64,000 bases of DNA from Candidatus Nomurabacteria bacterium GW2011_GWD2_36_14 (GCA_000991405.1 LBRL01000002.1:7583-71582); one strand, 5' to 3'. Shown: positions 51,089-60,981, numbered from the stretch's first letter. A program made the numbers and translations. The notes: generated by a model not told the origin, from the sequence alone.

Positions 51089-52150
51089 TTATATAATATA
51101 ATTCTTACTTGATATTCCTCTTTCTTCAAATTCACCCCGGATCATCAATTGAATTAAATCTTTAAACTTAACTTTAGTCTCCCAATTTAATTTTTGTTTA
51201 GCTTTTGTATTATCTCCTAACAATACATCGACCTCAGAAGGTCTGTAATATATAGGGTCTATGCTTATCAAAACTTTTCCAGACTTTTCATCAATACCTT
51301 CTTCTTCCAATCCATTTCCTTTCCAAACAATTTTATAACCAAGGACTGAAGCAGAATATTCTACAAATTCTCGGACAGAGTGTGCCTCTCCTGTAGAGAT
51401 CACATAATCATCAGGTTTGTCTTGCTCTAGCATGAGCCACATTGCCTCTACATAATCTTTAGCATAACCCCAGTCTCTCTTTGCTTCTAAGTTACCTAAA
51501 AATATTTTGTCTTTTTTGCCAAGTTTAATGTCGACAAGACCTTCTACAATCTTCTTAGTAACGAAAGTCCTACCTCTTCTAGGTGATTCATGGTTGAAAA
51601 GTATACCATTACAGATAAACATATCATATGAATCACGATAATTACTACATATCATATGAGAAAAAACTTTTGCACAACCATAAGGACTTTGAGGATTAAA
51701 GGGGGTGGTTTCCTTTTGGGGAGTTTCTAAAACTTTACCAAACATTTCACTTGAGCCAGCTTGATAAAACTTTATTTTTGGATTAAATTCTTTAATAACA
51801 TCTAATAAACGTAAAGTTCCTAAAGCATCAATATCAGCAGTATACTCTGGAATATCAAAGCTTACTCTAACATGACTTTGAGCCCCTAGATTATAAATCT
51901 CATCTGGATTACTTTTTTTAATTATATTTATAATGCTATTTGAATCTGATAAATCCCCATAATGAAGAATTAAATGACGATTATCTATATGGGGGTCTTG
52001 ATATATTTTATCCAACCTGCCTGTGTTAAAGCTTGAAGAACGTCTTATCATTCCATGAACTTCATAACCTTTCTCTAGTAAAAATTCGGCCAAGTATGAG
52101 CCATCTTGTCCTGTAATACCTATTATTAATGCTCTTTTTTTGTTTTTCAT
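51089..52150 (-). CDS. gmd: GDP-mannose 4,6-dehydratase
   Basis: [37 protein letters not shown]. Confidence 0.97.
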   Translation of the reverse strand: MKNKKRALIIGITGQDGSYLAEFLLEKGYEVHGMIRRSSSFNTGRLDKIYQDPHIDNRHLILHYGDLSDSNSIINIIKKSNPDEIYNLGAQSHVRVSFDIPEYTADIDALGTLRLLDVIKEFNPKIKFYQAGSSEMFGKVLETPQKETTPFNPQSPYGCAKVFSHMICSNYRDSYDMFICNGILFNHESPRRGRTFVTKKIVEGLVDIKLGKKDKIFLGNLEAKRDWGYAKDYVEAMWLMLEQDKPDDYVISTGEAHSVREFVEYSASVLGYKIVWKGNGLEEEGIDEKSGKVLISIDPIYYRPSEVDVLLGDNTKAKQKLNWETKVKFKDLIQLMIRGEFEERGISSKNYII

Positions 52151-52162
52151 AATATTACTCTA

Positions 52163-53059
52163 TTATATACTACTTTCTTTGAGCTCCCCAATCCCCTCCT
52201 CTAAGCTTATAGAAGGCTCCCAGCCTAGAAGCTCCTTGGCTTTCGATATACCAGCTTGTAGACTCTTCGGCTCTAGACGAGGGGCTATATGCTCGACTTC
52301 CCCACCGACGAGCTCGGCTATCCTATTCACTGAGGCTTGGTAGCCTGTACCAATGTTGATAACTTCTCCTTTGCCTACCTTCTCGCCTTTCATGGCTAGG
52401 ATATTGGCACGAGCGACGTCGGCGACATTCACATAGTCGCGAGTATTCTCGCCACTGCCGACTATTATAAGCTTCTGGCCCTTCTTTCTAAGATCTAGGA
52501 ATCGAGCAATGACTAGTGGGTATGAACCGTCGACAGACTGACGTGGACCGTAGACATTGAAGTAGCGAAGGCAGACGGTTTCCAATCCATAAATCTGTGC
52601 GTATAACTTCATGTACCCTTCGCCTATAGACTTATGTAAAGCATATGGAGAGATAGGATGAGGTATCATGTCTTCTACTATCGGTAGCTTGTCTTGGTCG
52701 CCATATACAGAGCAAGAAGAGGCAAAGATGATTCTCTTCACTTTGTTTAGTCTGCAAGCCTCAAGCACACTTAAGGTACCATTCACATTAATATCGTTCG
52801 TAATAAATGGATGCTCTATGGAGTACTGCACTTGAGGCACTGCCGCTTCGTGGAAGACGTAAGTAGCACTAGCAAAAATAGGAAGGAGAGCTTCTCCATC
52901 TCTTATGTCCAACTTGTGCATTGTAGCCTTCGGATTGATATTCTCGGGCTTGCCAGCTGACATGTCGTCGATGATGTGCACTTCATGCCCATCTAAAACA
53001 AGCATATCTACAATATGACTACCAATAAATCCAGCACCCCCTGTAACTATGATTTTCAT
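52163..53059 (-). CDS. NAD-dependent nucleotide-sugar epimerase (GalE/WbpP-like)
   Basis: TGGAGFIGS, YxxxK (YALHK), LRYFNVYGPRQ. Confidence 0.9.
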   Translation of the reverse strand: MKIIVTGGAGFIGSHIVDMLVLDGHEVHIIDDMSAGKPENINPKATMHKLDIRDGEALLPIFASATYVFHEAAVPQVQYSIEHPFITNDINVNGTLSVLEACRLNKVKRIIFASSCSVYGDQDKLPIVEDMIPHPISPYALHKSIGEGYMKLYAQIYGLETVCLRYFNVYGPRQSVDGSYPLVIARFLDLRKKGQKLIIVGSGENTRDYVNVADVARANILAMKGEKVGKGEVINIGTGYQASVNRIAELVGGEVEHIAPRLEPKSLQAGISKAKELLGWEPSISLEEGIGELKESSI

Positions 53060-53346
53060 TTTATCTTGGCTTTTTTCTCCAAAGTATTTACACGTGAGGC
53101 TAATTGGTCAAAAGTATGATAAGAAACAAATTTGTCACCAATATTCAAAACATCATTTCTAGTTATTCTAAGATTTTCCTTGACATCATTTACATCTTTT
53201 TTGACTTCGTTTATTTCTTTTTTAACCTCATTTATTTCACTCTTTATTTCACTCTTTATTTCACTCTTAACATCATCAAAACCTTTAGCGACCATAATCG
53301 CCAAATCATCAATTGTAATTTTTTTATTTTTTGTGATTTTTTTCAT
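53056..53346 (-). CDS. Small coiled-coil protein with tandem repeats
   Basis: KSEI x3 encoded by a perfect 12-bp tandem (53231-53266); overlaps the epimerase start. Confidence 0.7.
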   Translation of the reverse strand: MKKITKNKKITIDDLAIMVAKGFDDVKSEIKSEIKSEINEVKKEINEVKKDVNDVKENLRITRNDVLNIGDKFVSYHTFDQLASRVNTLEKKAKIK

Positions 53347-53511
53347 ATTTCAAGTATATCAAATACTATTTTTTGTGCAAACATTACGACTAAAACATAC
53401 TAGAATTCCGAATAGTCAAGACTATTCGGAATTATCGTTCATTTTGGTCATAAAATCACAACATAATCGTGAAAAATTGATAAAAAACATCTTTTTTCAC
53501 GATTATGGACC

Positions 53512-54219
53512 TTATTCTACCTTTGTATAATGTGAAGCGTGAGGTTTGCCTTCCCTCTTTATTTTACCTTCTTTTGTGAGAATATTTAAATATTTGGTGG
53601 CGGTATCGTCGCTGACGTGAATGAACTTCTCCACATCATCATTCTTGATACTTATTTCCCCCACACCTATCCGATTACGGATATGTGTACGGGCATGCTT
53701 TTTATCAAATAACTCCATAACCTTATAGACCCTCTTCATCATCTGCTCCTTTCTCTTTCTGTTTGCTAGGGCTAGAGTCTCCTTTGTCCTACCCATATAG
53801 CTTATAAATGCCAAAGCAGCACTGTTCAGCTTTGGATTAGTACTGTATATGGAACTAGGTTCTAGTGACGAGGGACTAGTAGATAGTGGAGATTCAGAAG
53901 TAGTAGGGATAGGAGCAGATGGAGGCAAGGCCTCTATCTGCTCCTCGTTCTTTGGTGGTATTATTACCGGCTCTGGGTTAACTACTGGTTCTTCTACAAC
54001 AACAGGGGCTTCAGTACGTTCGCCTGTTGGCTCAGCACCTATACTTACATCGGCTACGGGGGTTGGTTCTTGCTGTTTGGTTTGTGGTGCTTGGAGTGGC
54101 TCGGTAATCGGTGATGAAACTGGTTCTTGACTACTAGTGTTTGGTGTTAGGACTTCGCTTGGTAGCTCAGTACCTACAGCTCCACCGTCTTCGATTGGTT
54201 TTGTTATTTCATCGGACAT
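53512..54219 (-). CDS. Hypothetical protein: Pro/Glu-rich disordered N-terminus, C-terminal winged helix
   Basis: I.NDDVEK...VSDDTATKYL..L.KEGKI.REG HTH pattern. Confidence 0.7.
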   Translation of the reverse strand: MSDEITKPIEDGGAVGTELPSEVLTPNTSSQEPVSSPITEPLQAPQTKQQEPTPVADVSIGAEPTGERTEAPVVVEEPVVNPEPVIIPPKNEEQIEALPPSAPIPTTSESPLSTSPSSLEPSSIYSTNPKLNSAALAFISYMGRTKETLALANRKRKEQMMKRVYKVMELFDKKHARTHIRNRIGVGEISIKNDDVEKFIHVSDDTATKYLNILTKEGKIKREGKPHASHYTKVE

Positions 54220-54338
54220 ATAATGATTATATAATATTGAGAACAAAATGTCTTTATATAAAAAGGAATAAAAAAATACCCCAATACAACAGTTACGTAT
54301 ATATTGGGGTATTTGGGTTTATAAAAAATTCCTTGCTT

Positions 54339-54623
54339 TTATGCAGAAACAAGTTCAAGTTCGATAGACTGTTTTTTGACTTTTAGTTCATCAGAAAGCA
54401 ATACTTCTAACGTCTTAAGACACTCATGAAATGGTAATTTGTTCCTTTCTTGATAGAAAATAGAAATTACAGTGTTTTCAAGGTCATGTACATTATATTT
54501 ACATTCAGAACCGAACTCACTTAGGTCTGAGCCTAAACTGTTTAAGAAATCAATAATAATCTTTTTCCTGTCATTTTTTTCAGGAATAGAACTTTTTCCT
54601 TTACGATTTTTTTTCTTATTCAT
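54339..54623 (-). CDS. Hypothetical protein
   Basis: 94-aa ORF. Confidence 0.45.
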   Translation of the reverse strand: MNKKKNRKGKSSIPEKNDRKKIIIDFLNSLGSDLSEFGSECKYNVHDLENTVISIFYQERNKLPFHECLKTLEVLLSDELKVKKQSIELELVSA

Positions 54624-54687
54624 CGTATTAAAAATTAATTAGTTAAAGAAAATAAAAATACCAGAACTTAGTTCTGAAATAGAGAGA

Positions 54688-54897
54688 TCAGCAATAATAC
54701 CCGCCGACAATTCTTTTGGCTTCAGTAATAGGTATCCCTTTTTGTTGAGATACTTTAACCGCAGTCCTTTTCAGATCAGCCCTATTTATACTTGATACTG
54801 CAACAGCATCATGTCCACAACATGTATGGCCAATAGTACCTAAAAAATCCGAAGGAAATACAAGTATTTCCTTTTCAACAAATTTTTTCTTTTTCAT
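54688..54897 (-). CDS. Hypothetical small protein
   Basis: 69-aa ORF. Confidence 0.4.
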   Translation of the reverse strand: MKKKKFVEKEILVFPSDFLGTIGHTCCGHDAVAVSSINRADLKRTAVKVSQQKGIPITEAKRIVGGYYC

Positions 54898-54994
54898 AAC
54901 CCAGAAATTTAAAAGATTTTAAATTACTTAAATTAACTCATATTAACTATACCACCTTATTTTATATAAGTAAATATGAGAAATTTTATAAAAT

Positions 54995-57091
54995 TTACTT
55001 AAAATTAACTACTGGCCAAGTGTTGTTTTTGTTTATGAATTCAATGATCTGGTCGAGAACGGCTCCGCCTTCGTAATTGTTGGCCTTCAACCTTGCTGTA
55101 GCCTTGATGAAGTTGTCCTTGTCTTTCAATGCGTAGAAGTATTGAATGAATGAAAAGTATATACCGTTTATTCTCTTCATATCTTTTTCAAAGAAAATAG
55201 AGTCCAGATTAAGAGCTTTCTCGAAATATACAAACGACTCGCCAAACTTCATTTGATAATACAAATTCAATGCCAAACCATAGTTCGAGTCTGGTCTGTT
55301 GGGAGCAAGAGCAACGACCTTCTTAAAGTAACTCTCCCCTTTCTCTAGAAGTAACTGATCCTTCAAGTCTTTACCCTTACCACTATAAACGTTCGCCAAG
55401 TATACCAAAGACCGTGAATCAAATGGCCTTTTATTTATAAACTCTTCCTCTTTAGTAAATGCTATATCTGCTAGCTTGGTGAGAGAGGCATTCTCTGTAT
55501 CAGTATTTGATCCATAAGTTACCAAAAAGTCATTCCGTATATTCGCTTGAGCGACTGTAAATGGAGTGAAAATCTTATCAGCTTTACTTAACATGAGTTC
55601 TCCGTTATTTACTTTCTTGAATACTAGATACTCTTTCATGTCTATGTATCCAGGGATATCATTCCTCATAAATACAAAAGACAAAAATAATGCTAATACT
55701 GAGAAAAATACACCTACAATAACTTTCACTTTATTATTATATTGATTATTTATTTCTGTCTTTTCCTCTATACTATTATCAATAGCTACATATACAATAA
55801 AAGCTAAAACTGCAAAGAATGGTATGTAAGTTGTAATGTGATCAAATATAAATAATAGATGAATTAAGAATGAAATACTGATAAAAAGTAACCCTACATT
55901 GATCCAAGAAAATTCTTTACTTTTAAAAATGGATTTGAAAAGGAAAAACCAAAGAGTTAAATATGAGATAAGCCCTAGAACCCCACTCATAACTAACACG
56001 TCGAGAAGTTTATTGTGAGCTCTATCAAACCATCTATTTTCGTATTTGAACTGCAAAGGATTCAAATACTTCTGATAAGCAAGACTGAAATTCTCTGGAC
56101 CCCAGCCTATTAAAGTCTTCTTGAGACTATTGTTCATGGGATTAATAGCTTCAAGACTAAGCTTGGCTGTTAGAAGCCTGGTGTTCGTGGTGGCATCCTC
56201 GCTACTTATAACTGCTACTCGAGAAATCCCCGGAACTTTCTGCCAGAATCCACTTTTATGAGTTGCGACAAAAAATACTCCAAATGCAAATATACAACAC
56301 AAAATAATTACTGAAATTTTTCGCAAATTAAACTTCTTATAAGAAACATATTTACCCTTTACTGCTCCATATATGAAGATAGAAGTGAATCCTACTACAA
56401 GACTCAATATAGATCCTCTAGTCTGAGTGAGGAATATTCCTACGATAGATAGAATGACAGTAATTATAGAAAAATATTTCCATCCCATTAGAGACAAATC
56501 CTTGCTGTAAGCCCTCGCAGTCTCTAACGGGATTAAACCCTGAAACACAGCGATAGCAGAGAAAATTGAGAAAAGTAGGTACCCAGCTAGAAATGTAGGA
56601 TTATAAACGAAAGAGTTGGGTCTCATAAGCCCACCAGAATATTGTATGAATTCTTTAACTACTAGGGCACAAGTTACCAGCAAAATTAGTTTGAAGAATA
56701 CAAGCCAATCTTTCTTCTCAAAAATAAGCAGACTGAAAACAAAGAAAGAGAAGAAGAATGCAAGCCCTACAAGTCCTTCGGCACGTTCCAAGTTACCCCA
56801 GAAGGCTCCATACTTATCCACAGCAAAGATAGCACTGACCATGGTTATAAATATAAAAACAGAGATGGAAAGGAATAAAGGATTCCTGATAATTTTCTTT
56901 ACTTTTTCTACTATCCCCTCTCTAAATTCCTTTTTATAAAAGAAATTGATTATAAATAAGATACTTACTATTACCAACACTCCTCTTATAAATATACTCT
57001 CCCCCGAAACATAAGGTGCGAAGACTGACTTGTCCACAATAAGCGGAGTGAGAGTGAGAGCCCATAAGCATACCTTTAAAACTTTATTCAT
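54995..57091 (-). CDS. O-antigen-ligase/O-oligosaccharyltransferase-like protein with C-terminal TPR repeats
   Basis: About 12 TM helices; LTQTRG, GWGPENF, DRAHN..LD.L...G..G (Wzy_C pattern); TPR-like tail. Confidence 0.85.
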   Translation of the reverse strand: MNKVLKVCLWALTLTPLIVDKSVFAPYVSGESIFIRGVLVIVSILFIINFFYKKEFREGIVEKVKKIIRNPLFLSISVFIFITMVSAIFAVDKYGAFWGNLERAEGLVGLAFFFSFFVFSLLIFEKKDWLVFFKLILLVTCALVVKEFIQYSGGLMRPNSFVYNPTFLAGYLLFSIFSAIAVFQGLIPLETARAYSKDLSLMGWKYFSIITVILSIVGIFLTQTRGSILSLVVGFTSIFIYGAVKGKYVSYKKFNLRKISVIILCCIFAFGVFFVATHKSGFWQKVPGISRVAVISSEDATTNTRLLTAKLSLEAINPMNNSLKKTLIGWGPENFSLAYQKYLNPLQFKYENRWFDRAHNKLLDVLVMSGVLGLISYLTLWFFLFKSIFKSKEFSWINVGLLFISISFLIHLLFIFDHITTYIPFFAVLAFIVYVAIDNSIEEKTEINNQYNNKVKVIVGVFFSVLALFLSFVFMRNDIPGYIDMKEYLVFKKVNNGELMLSKADKIFTPFTVAQANIRNDFLVTYGSNTDTENASLTKLADIAFTKEEEFINKRPFDSRSLVYLANVYSGKGKDLKDQLLLEKGESYFKKVVALAPNRPDSNYGLALNLYYQMKFGESFVYFEKALNLDSIFFEKDMKRINGIYFSFIQYFYALKDKDNFIKATARLKANNYEGGAVLDQIIEFINKNNTWPVVNFK

Positions 57092-57124
57092 ATACTCTTA
57101 TCATAACAAATTAAATATAAAACA

Positions 57125-57156
57125 AAAATCCCCGAGCCTTTCGGCTCGGGGATTTT
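57125..57156 (-). terminator. Intrinsic terminator after the S-layer-like gene
   Basis: aaaatccccgagcc-tttc-ggctcggggatttt. Confidence 0.8.
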
Positions 57157-57229
57157 ATGGGTTCGCAGTTTTCCTTCTGTTCAAATTTTATCTGTCCTAA
57201 GTAATTACTTACCTAGACCAAACTTCCAA

Positions 57230-59059
57230 CTATGAAGCTGTTACGTATACTTCTGTAGTTTTGAAGTCTGAAAGACCCCAAGTCTGAGTGATAAGAGCAG
57301 GAGATGATCCATGATCTGTATCAGTCCATGTAACGTTAACCAACTTCATACCAGTAAAGCCTGCTGCACCTCCATCTGGAACAGTACCTGTGATAGTAAA
57401 TGTTCTTGATGTACCAGCTGCAACCTTATCAGCAGTTGTAAATGTAGCACCCTTTGATGTTACACCTGATACTGATGAAGATTTAGCCAATGTTCCACCA
57501 TAAGCTGCTGTCTTAGCAACTGCAGTTAGAGTAGTTGGTGTATCAATGTAGATATCACTACCTGATGGAGCAGTAACTGTGAATGCGATTGAGTAATTAC
57601 CTTGTTTCTTACCAACTGCTGAACCTTCAACTGAAGTTGCTGATGTAGCACCTAGAGTAAATGTAGGAGCGTATTGGTACATGTACATTGTGTTTCCTAC
57701 AACGTTAGATGAGGAAACAGTTACTGTAGCAAATGATGCATCTGTAGCAACAGTTGAAGCGGAAGTCAAAGTAGCTGTAATTCCAGCACCCTTTTGTGTG
57801 ATTCCGGCAGCATCTGCAGCACCAGTAATAGGATTCATTTGTGCCCAGATTGACAATGTCTTTGTTGTATCCTTAGCTATGTCAATATTTAGAGTAGGGA
57901 ATGTAGCTGTAGCTGTAGAAAGAGTTACGGAAGAAAGTACTGATGTACCATCACGAAGCTCAACTGCTGCAACTTCATTTGCTACAGTTCCAGCTGTTGC
58001 TGCAAGAGTAGCTACTAGTTGTGTAATATTGATTTTTGCATCTTTTCCTTTGAAGTCAATGTCCATCAACTTAACAGGAGTTAAGACACCAGCTGTAGTA
58101 CTAAGACCTGCAACTGATTGAGCTACAGGGCTATTTGCATTTAAGCTTGTTGTCAACGTACCTGTTGTTGAGGCTGCTGAACTTGAAAGATTTATAGTAC
58201 GAGCAGTTATAGTGTAAGCAGTTGAAATACCTGCACCATCAGTTGCTCTAACTGAACTTGTTGCAGCAACTGTTACTGATTCACTATTTTGAGTCAAAGT
58301 TGGACGGTTGATTGTCAATGTCAAAATCTTTGTTGTTCCTACTGGAACTACAACGTTTAAGCCATTGAATTGCATCTGCCAAGCTGAACCAACTGTAGTT
58401 TCAGTAACTGTTCCAGCTGTAAGAGGCATAGTTGCTAGAACTGTTGACCCATCTGATAGGGTTGCAGTGTCTGCAGATAGCCAAATACGCTTGTTGATAT
58501 CTAACCATAGGCGAGATACTTTCATATCAGAACCTGTAGCCTTGATCTTCAAAGCCATAACTGCCTTACTCTCTCCTTTAAGAACTGAGAGGTTGTCTGC
58601 AGGAATAGCATCGTAAGTTACTGTTATTGAACCTTCTTGTCCAACAGTTGAAACTACTGGAGCTGGTGTTGTTCCTGCAGGTGATGCAGTACAGTTACTT
58701 GCCAAAGTCATTCCATTTGGACAAAGTGATACTGCTGGAGCTGGTGTTGTTCCTTCTGATGCTGCTGTAAGAGCGGCACGAGTGATAGGACCAACAATAC
58801 CGTCAGACTCTAAGTTTTTCAAAGTTTGAAAAGCTTTAACTGCTGCGATTGTCTTAGGACCTACTACTCCATCAATTGAAAGAGTTGAACCTGTTGCCAT
58901 GTTCAATACAGTCTGCATGTCCTTCTTTTCTTGTAGAGTGTCGATTTTACTATCGAATGTGAATGCTGAAGCTGTTAAAGCTGTAGCAAACATTGCGAGA
59001 GCAAAAACTGCACCTGCGAATAATTTTTTATTTAACATATTTCTAATTATTGTATGCAC
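57230..59059 (-). CDS. S-layer-like secreted surface protein with peptidoglycan-binding domain
   Basis: Signal peptide; DGVVGPKT.AAVKAFQ...DGIVGPITRAAL (PG_binding_1 pattern); Thr/Ala/Ser-rich beta domains; strong codon bias suggests high expression. Confidence 0.75.
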   Translation of the reverse strand: MHTIIRNMLNKKLFAGAVFALAMFATALTASAFTFDSKIDTLQEKKDMQTVLNMATGSTLSIDGVVGPKTIAAVKAFQTLKNLESDGIVGPITRAALTAASEGTTPAPAVSLCPNGMTLASNCTASPAGTTPAPVVSTVGQEGSITVTYDAIPADNLSVLKGESKAVMALKIKATGSDMKVSRLWLDINKRIWLSADTATLSDGSTVLATMPLTAGTVTETTVGSAWQMQFNGLNVVVPVGTTKILTLTINRPTLTQNSESVTVAATSSVRATDGAGISTAYTITARTINLSSSAASTTGTLTTSLNANSPVAQSVAGLSTTAGVLTPVKLMDIDFKGKDAKINITQLVATLAATAGTVANEVAAVELRDGTSVLSSVTLSTATATFPTLNIDIAKDTTKTLSIWAQMNPITGAADAAGITQKGAGITATLTSASTVATDASFATVTVSSSNVVGNTMYMYQYAPTFTLGATSATSVEGSAVGKKQGNYSIAFTVTAPSGSDIYIDTPTTLTAVAKTAAYGGTLAKSSSVSGVTSKGATFTTADKVAAGTSRTFTITGTVPDGGAAGFTGMKLVNVTWTDTDHGSSPALITQTWGLSDFKTTEVYVTAS

Positions 59060-59199
59060 TTTTAAATTGATTTCGACTTATCCCCGGACGTGACTAATAA
59101 AATAATAATACGACGGGGAAAAAACCAATATGTGTGCATATTTAGATTACTCTCCACTTTTTAATAGTAAAGAATAATCTTTTTACTGAACTTCTAAAT

Positions 59200-59630
59200 C
59201 TTGTAACTTTTCTATACACCCCAGAACCAGAGCAAGCTCGGTACGGGGCATGCTTCTCTCTATCACAGTCCTCCGCTTCTCTATCAAAAGCAACGGTGTA
59301 GTAATAAAGATGCGAGAAACAAAATTTAGAATCGTAAACGAAATCCATAAACACATCTGCTTGTTTCATTTATAAAAAATTCTTGCGAATTGTTTACAAA
59401 TATAGACAAGCATATCTGCCTTGTCGACAGGGCCGATACCACACTTTAAAGATTTACCCATACACTTAATTTAAGTGTGCGGGTTTAATTTTAATTTCTC
59501 ATTTATCACCCGCCTCTATCAACGGGATAATCTTACTCTCTATCATCCTCCATAATTTTCTCTATCAAAAAAAATTAAAGGCGGACAAGGAAAAATAAGA
59601 CTTACCCAATCTCTATCAATCGGGCAACTA
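59200..59630 (-). ncRNA. Candidate structured leader/ncRNA with six UGAUAGAG motifs
   Basis: CTCTATCA at 59258, 59279, 59514, 59538, 59560 and 59611; four copies sit in hairpin loops. Confidence 0.5.
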
Positions 59631-59969
59631 AGAGAAATCAAAAACTAAAAATCTAAAATGGATTGACCAGTGAAAACATAACGGCTATAAACCATTTGGT
59701 ATTAACGATATTATAGTATTAAATTTTCAATGATCTTCTCCCTCCTGTAGAGGCTTGTAAAACCACCACATAAGAGATATTACATATTAGCATATAAAGC
59801 ATATAAATGCCAATACTAATATGCAATATCATTATATAATAGGGCTAAATAATATGCAACAAATATGTGGATAACTGAGCCATATAATATGGCATTTTAT
59901 GTGATATTGAGATACTCCCTCTTATATATGTAGGTAGACGTAATGGGAGGGAGAAAATTACGGAGAAAC

Positions 59970-60059
59970 CACCACCTCGCCCTTTGGGCATTCCTCCTCA
60001 ATAAGGAGGAGATGAATTCAAAACTCCCCTCCTTATTGAGGAGGGGGTTGGGGGTGGTG
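59970..60059. repeat. REP-like inverted doublet (CCTCCTTATTGAGGAG type)
   Basis: 59994-60009 is the exact reverse complement of 60028-60043; outer caccacc/ggtggtg. Confidence 0.65.
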
Positions 60060-60060
60060 A

Positions 60061-60897
60061 TTATAAACTATATCTACTCCAACGTTTGGATCCGATCTTC
60101 TTTATCTGTCCTTTTAATACGAGAGCGTTTAATTCGCGTTGAATTGTCTTCTCAGAGCAGTCTGTAAATGAGCTTGATATGTCTTTGATTGAAACGTCCT
60201 TGTCTTTAAGAAGAGCAAGTATCTTGTCTATTCTATCTTTCTTATCGGACTCTGAGGAGGAAGAGTGGTGTTTGCTTTTTGGTGTTTGGTGTAATGAAGA
60301 ATTAAGTGCAGAGTTTGTAAAGGACATAGTGTTGAAGTTTGTCCTTTTGTTTTCATGACCGATAGAATTGTCCTTTATATTCTTTCCTTCAACTAGGCCT
60401 CCGCCTATCGGACGGACAGGTTGCTTAGATGAAATTACTGGTAAAGAAAACATATCTTCATCGAGAGTAAAGGTGAAGTGCTTGTCCTTCTTCTGATGGC
60501 TCTCAAGCTCCCCTATCAGGATCATAAATTCTTTCTTAAGAATTGCTGTATTCATCTCTGATATGAAACCTATGGTATAGGCTATTTCTACGAAGGAAAG
60601 TATCTCGTCTATGTGCGCCAAAGAAGTGGATATATGCACATGCTTGTCCATAGGAGAGAGGTTGGAAAGCTTGTACATATCGGACAAGAGTCCGACTCCG
60701 AGTTCTCGAAGCTTGGCCTTCAGAGCATCGTCGGTGTCCATACAGTCAGTGACCATGTATAAGGCTGTGACTAGCTTCTCTGTCTTTTTGTTTGCAAACT
60801 CGTAAACATGCTTACTATTTAACGTTTTAACGTCTAGGACATTGCCTTGTCCGTATGAATTCAAACTTGTCTTTTGTGTGTCTTTTTGATTATTCAT
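60061..60897 (-). CDS. Helical-bundle protein with C-terminal DeoR-like HTH
   Basis: KKTEKLVTALY.VTD helical N-domain; SEKTIQREL..LV..G.IKKIG.KRWSRY HTH. Confidence 0.75.
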   Translation of the reverse strand: MNNQKDTQKTSLNSYGQGNVLDVKTLNSKHVYEFANKKTEKLVTALYMVTDCMDTDDALKAKLRELGVGLLSDMYKLSNLSPMDKHVHISTSLAHIDEILSFVEIAYTIGFISEMNTAILKKEFMILIGELESHQKKDKHFTFTLDEDMFSLPVISSKQPVRPIGGGLVEGKNIKDNSIGHENKRTNFNTMSFTNSALNSSLHQTPKSKHHSSSSESDKKDRIDKILALLKDKDVSIKDISSSFTDCSEKTIQRELNALVLKGQIKKIGSKRWSRYSL

Positions 60898-60981
60898 AGT
60901 GTCTTTTTTGCTCTAATAATGAGATTCTTTGTCTTTAATGTGTCCATTATATACCGAAATATTTTTGACGCAAGTGAATTT

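Noticed and set aside
59142-59369. 75-aa ORF upstream of the S-layer-like gene
   Set aside because: No recognisable protein features; it crosses the hairpin motifs, so the region is more plausibly non-coding.
59258-59618. CRISPR array or tet operator explanation for the CTCTATCA repeats
   Set aside because: The repeat is only 8 bp with irregular spacing and no cas genes. It resembles a tetO half-site but never occurs as the palindromic operator, and no TetR gene is present in the window.
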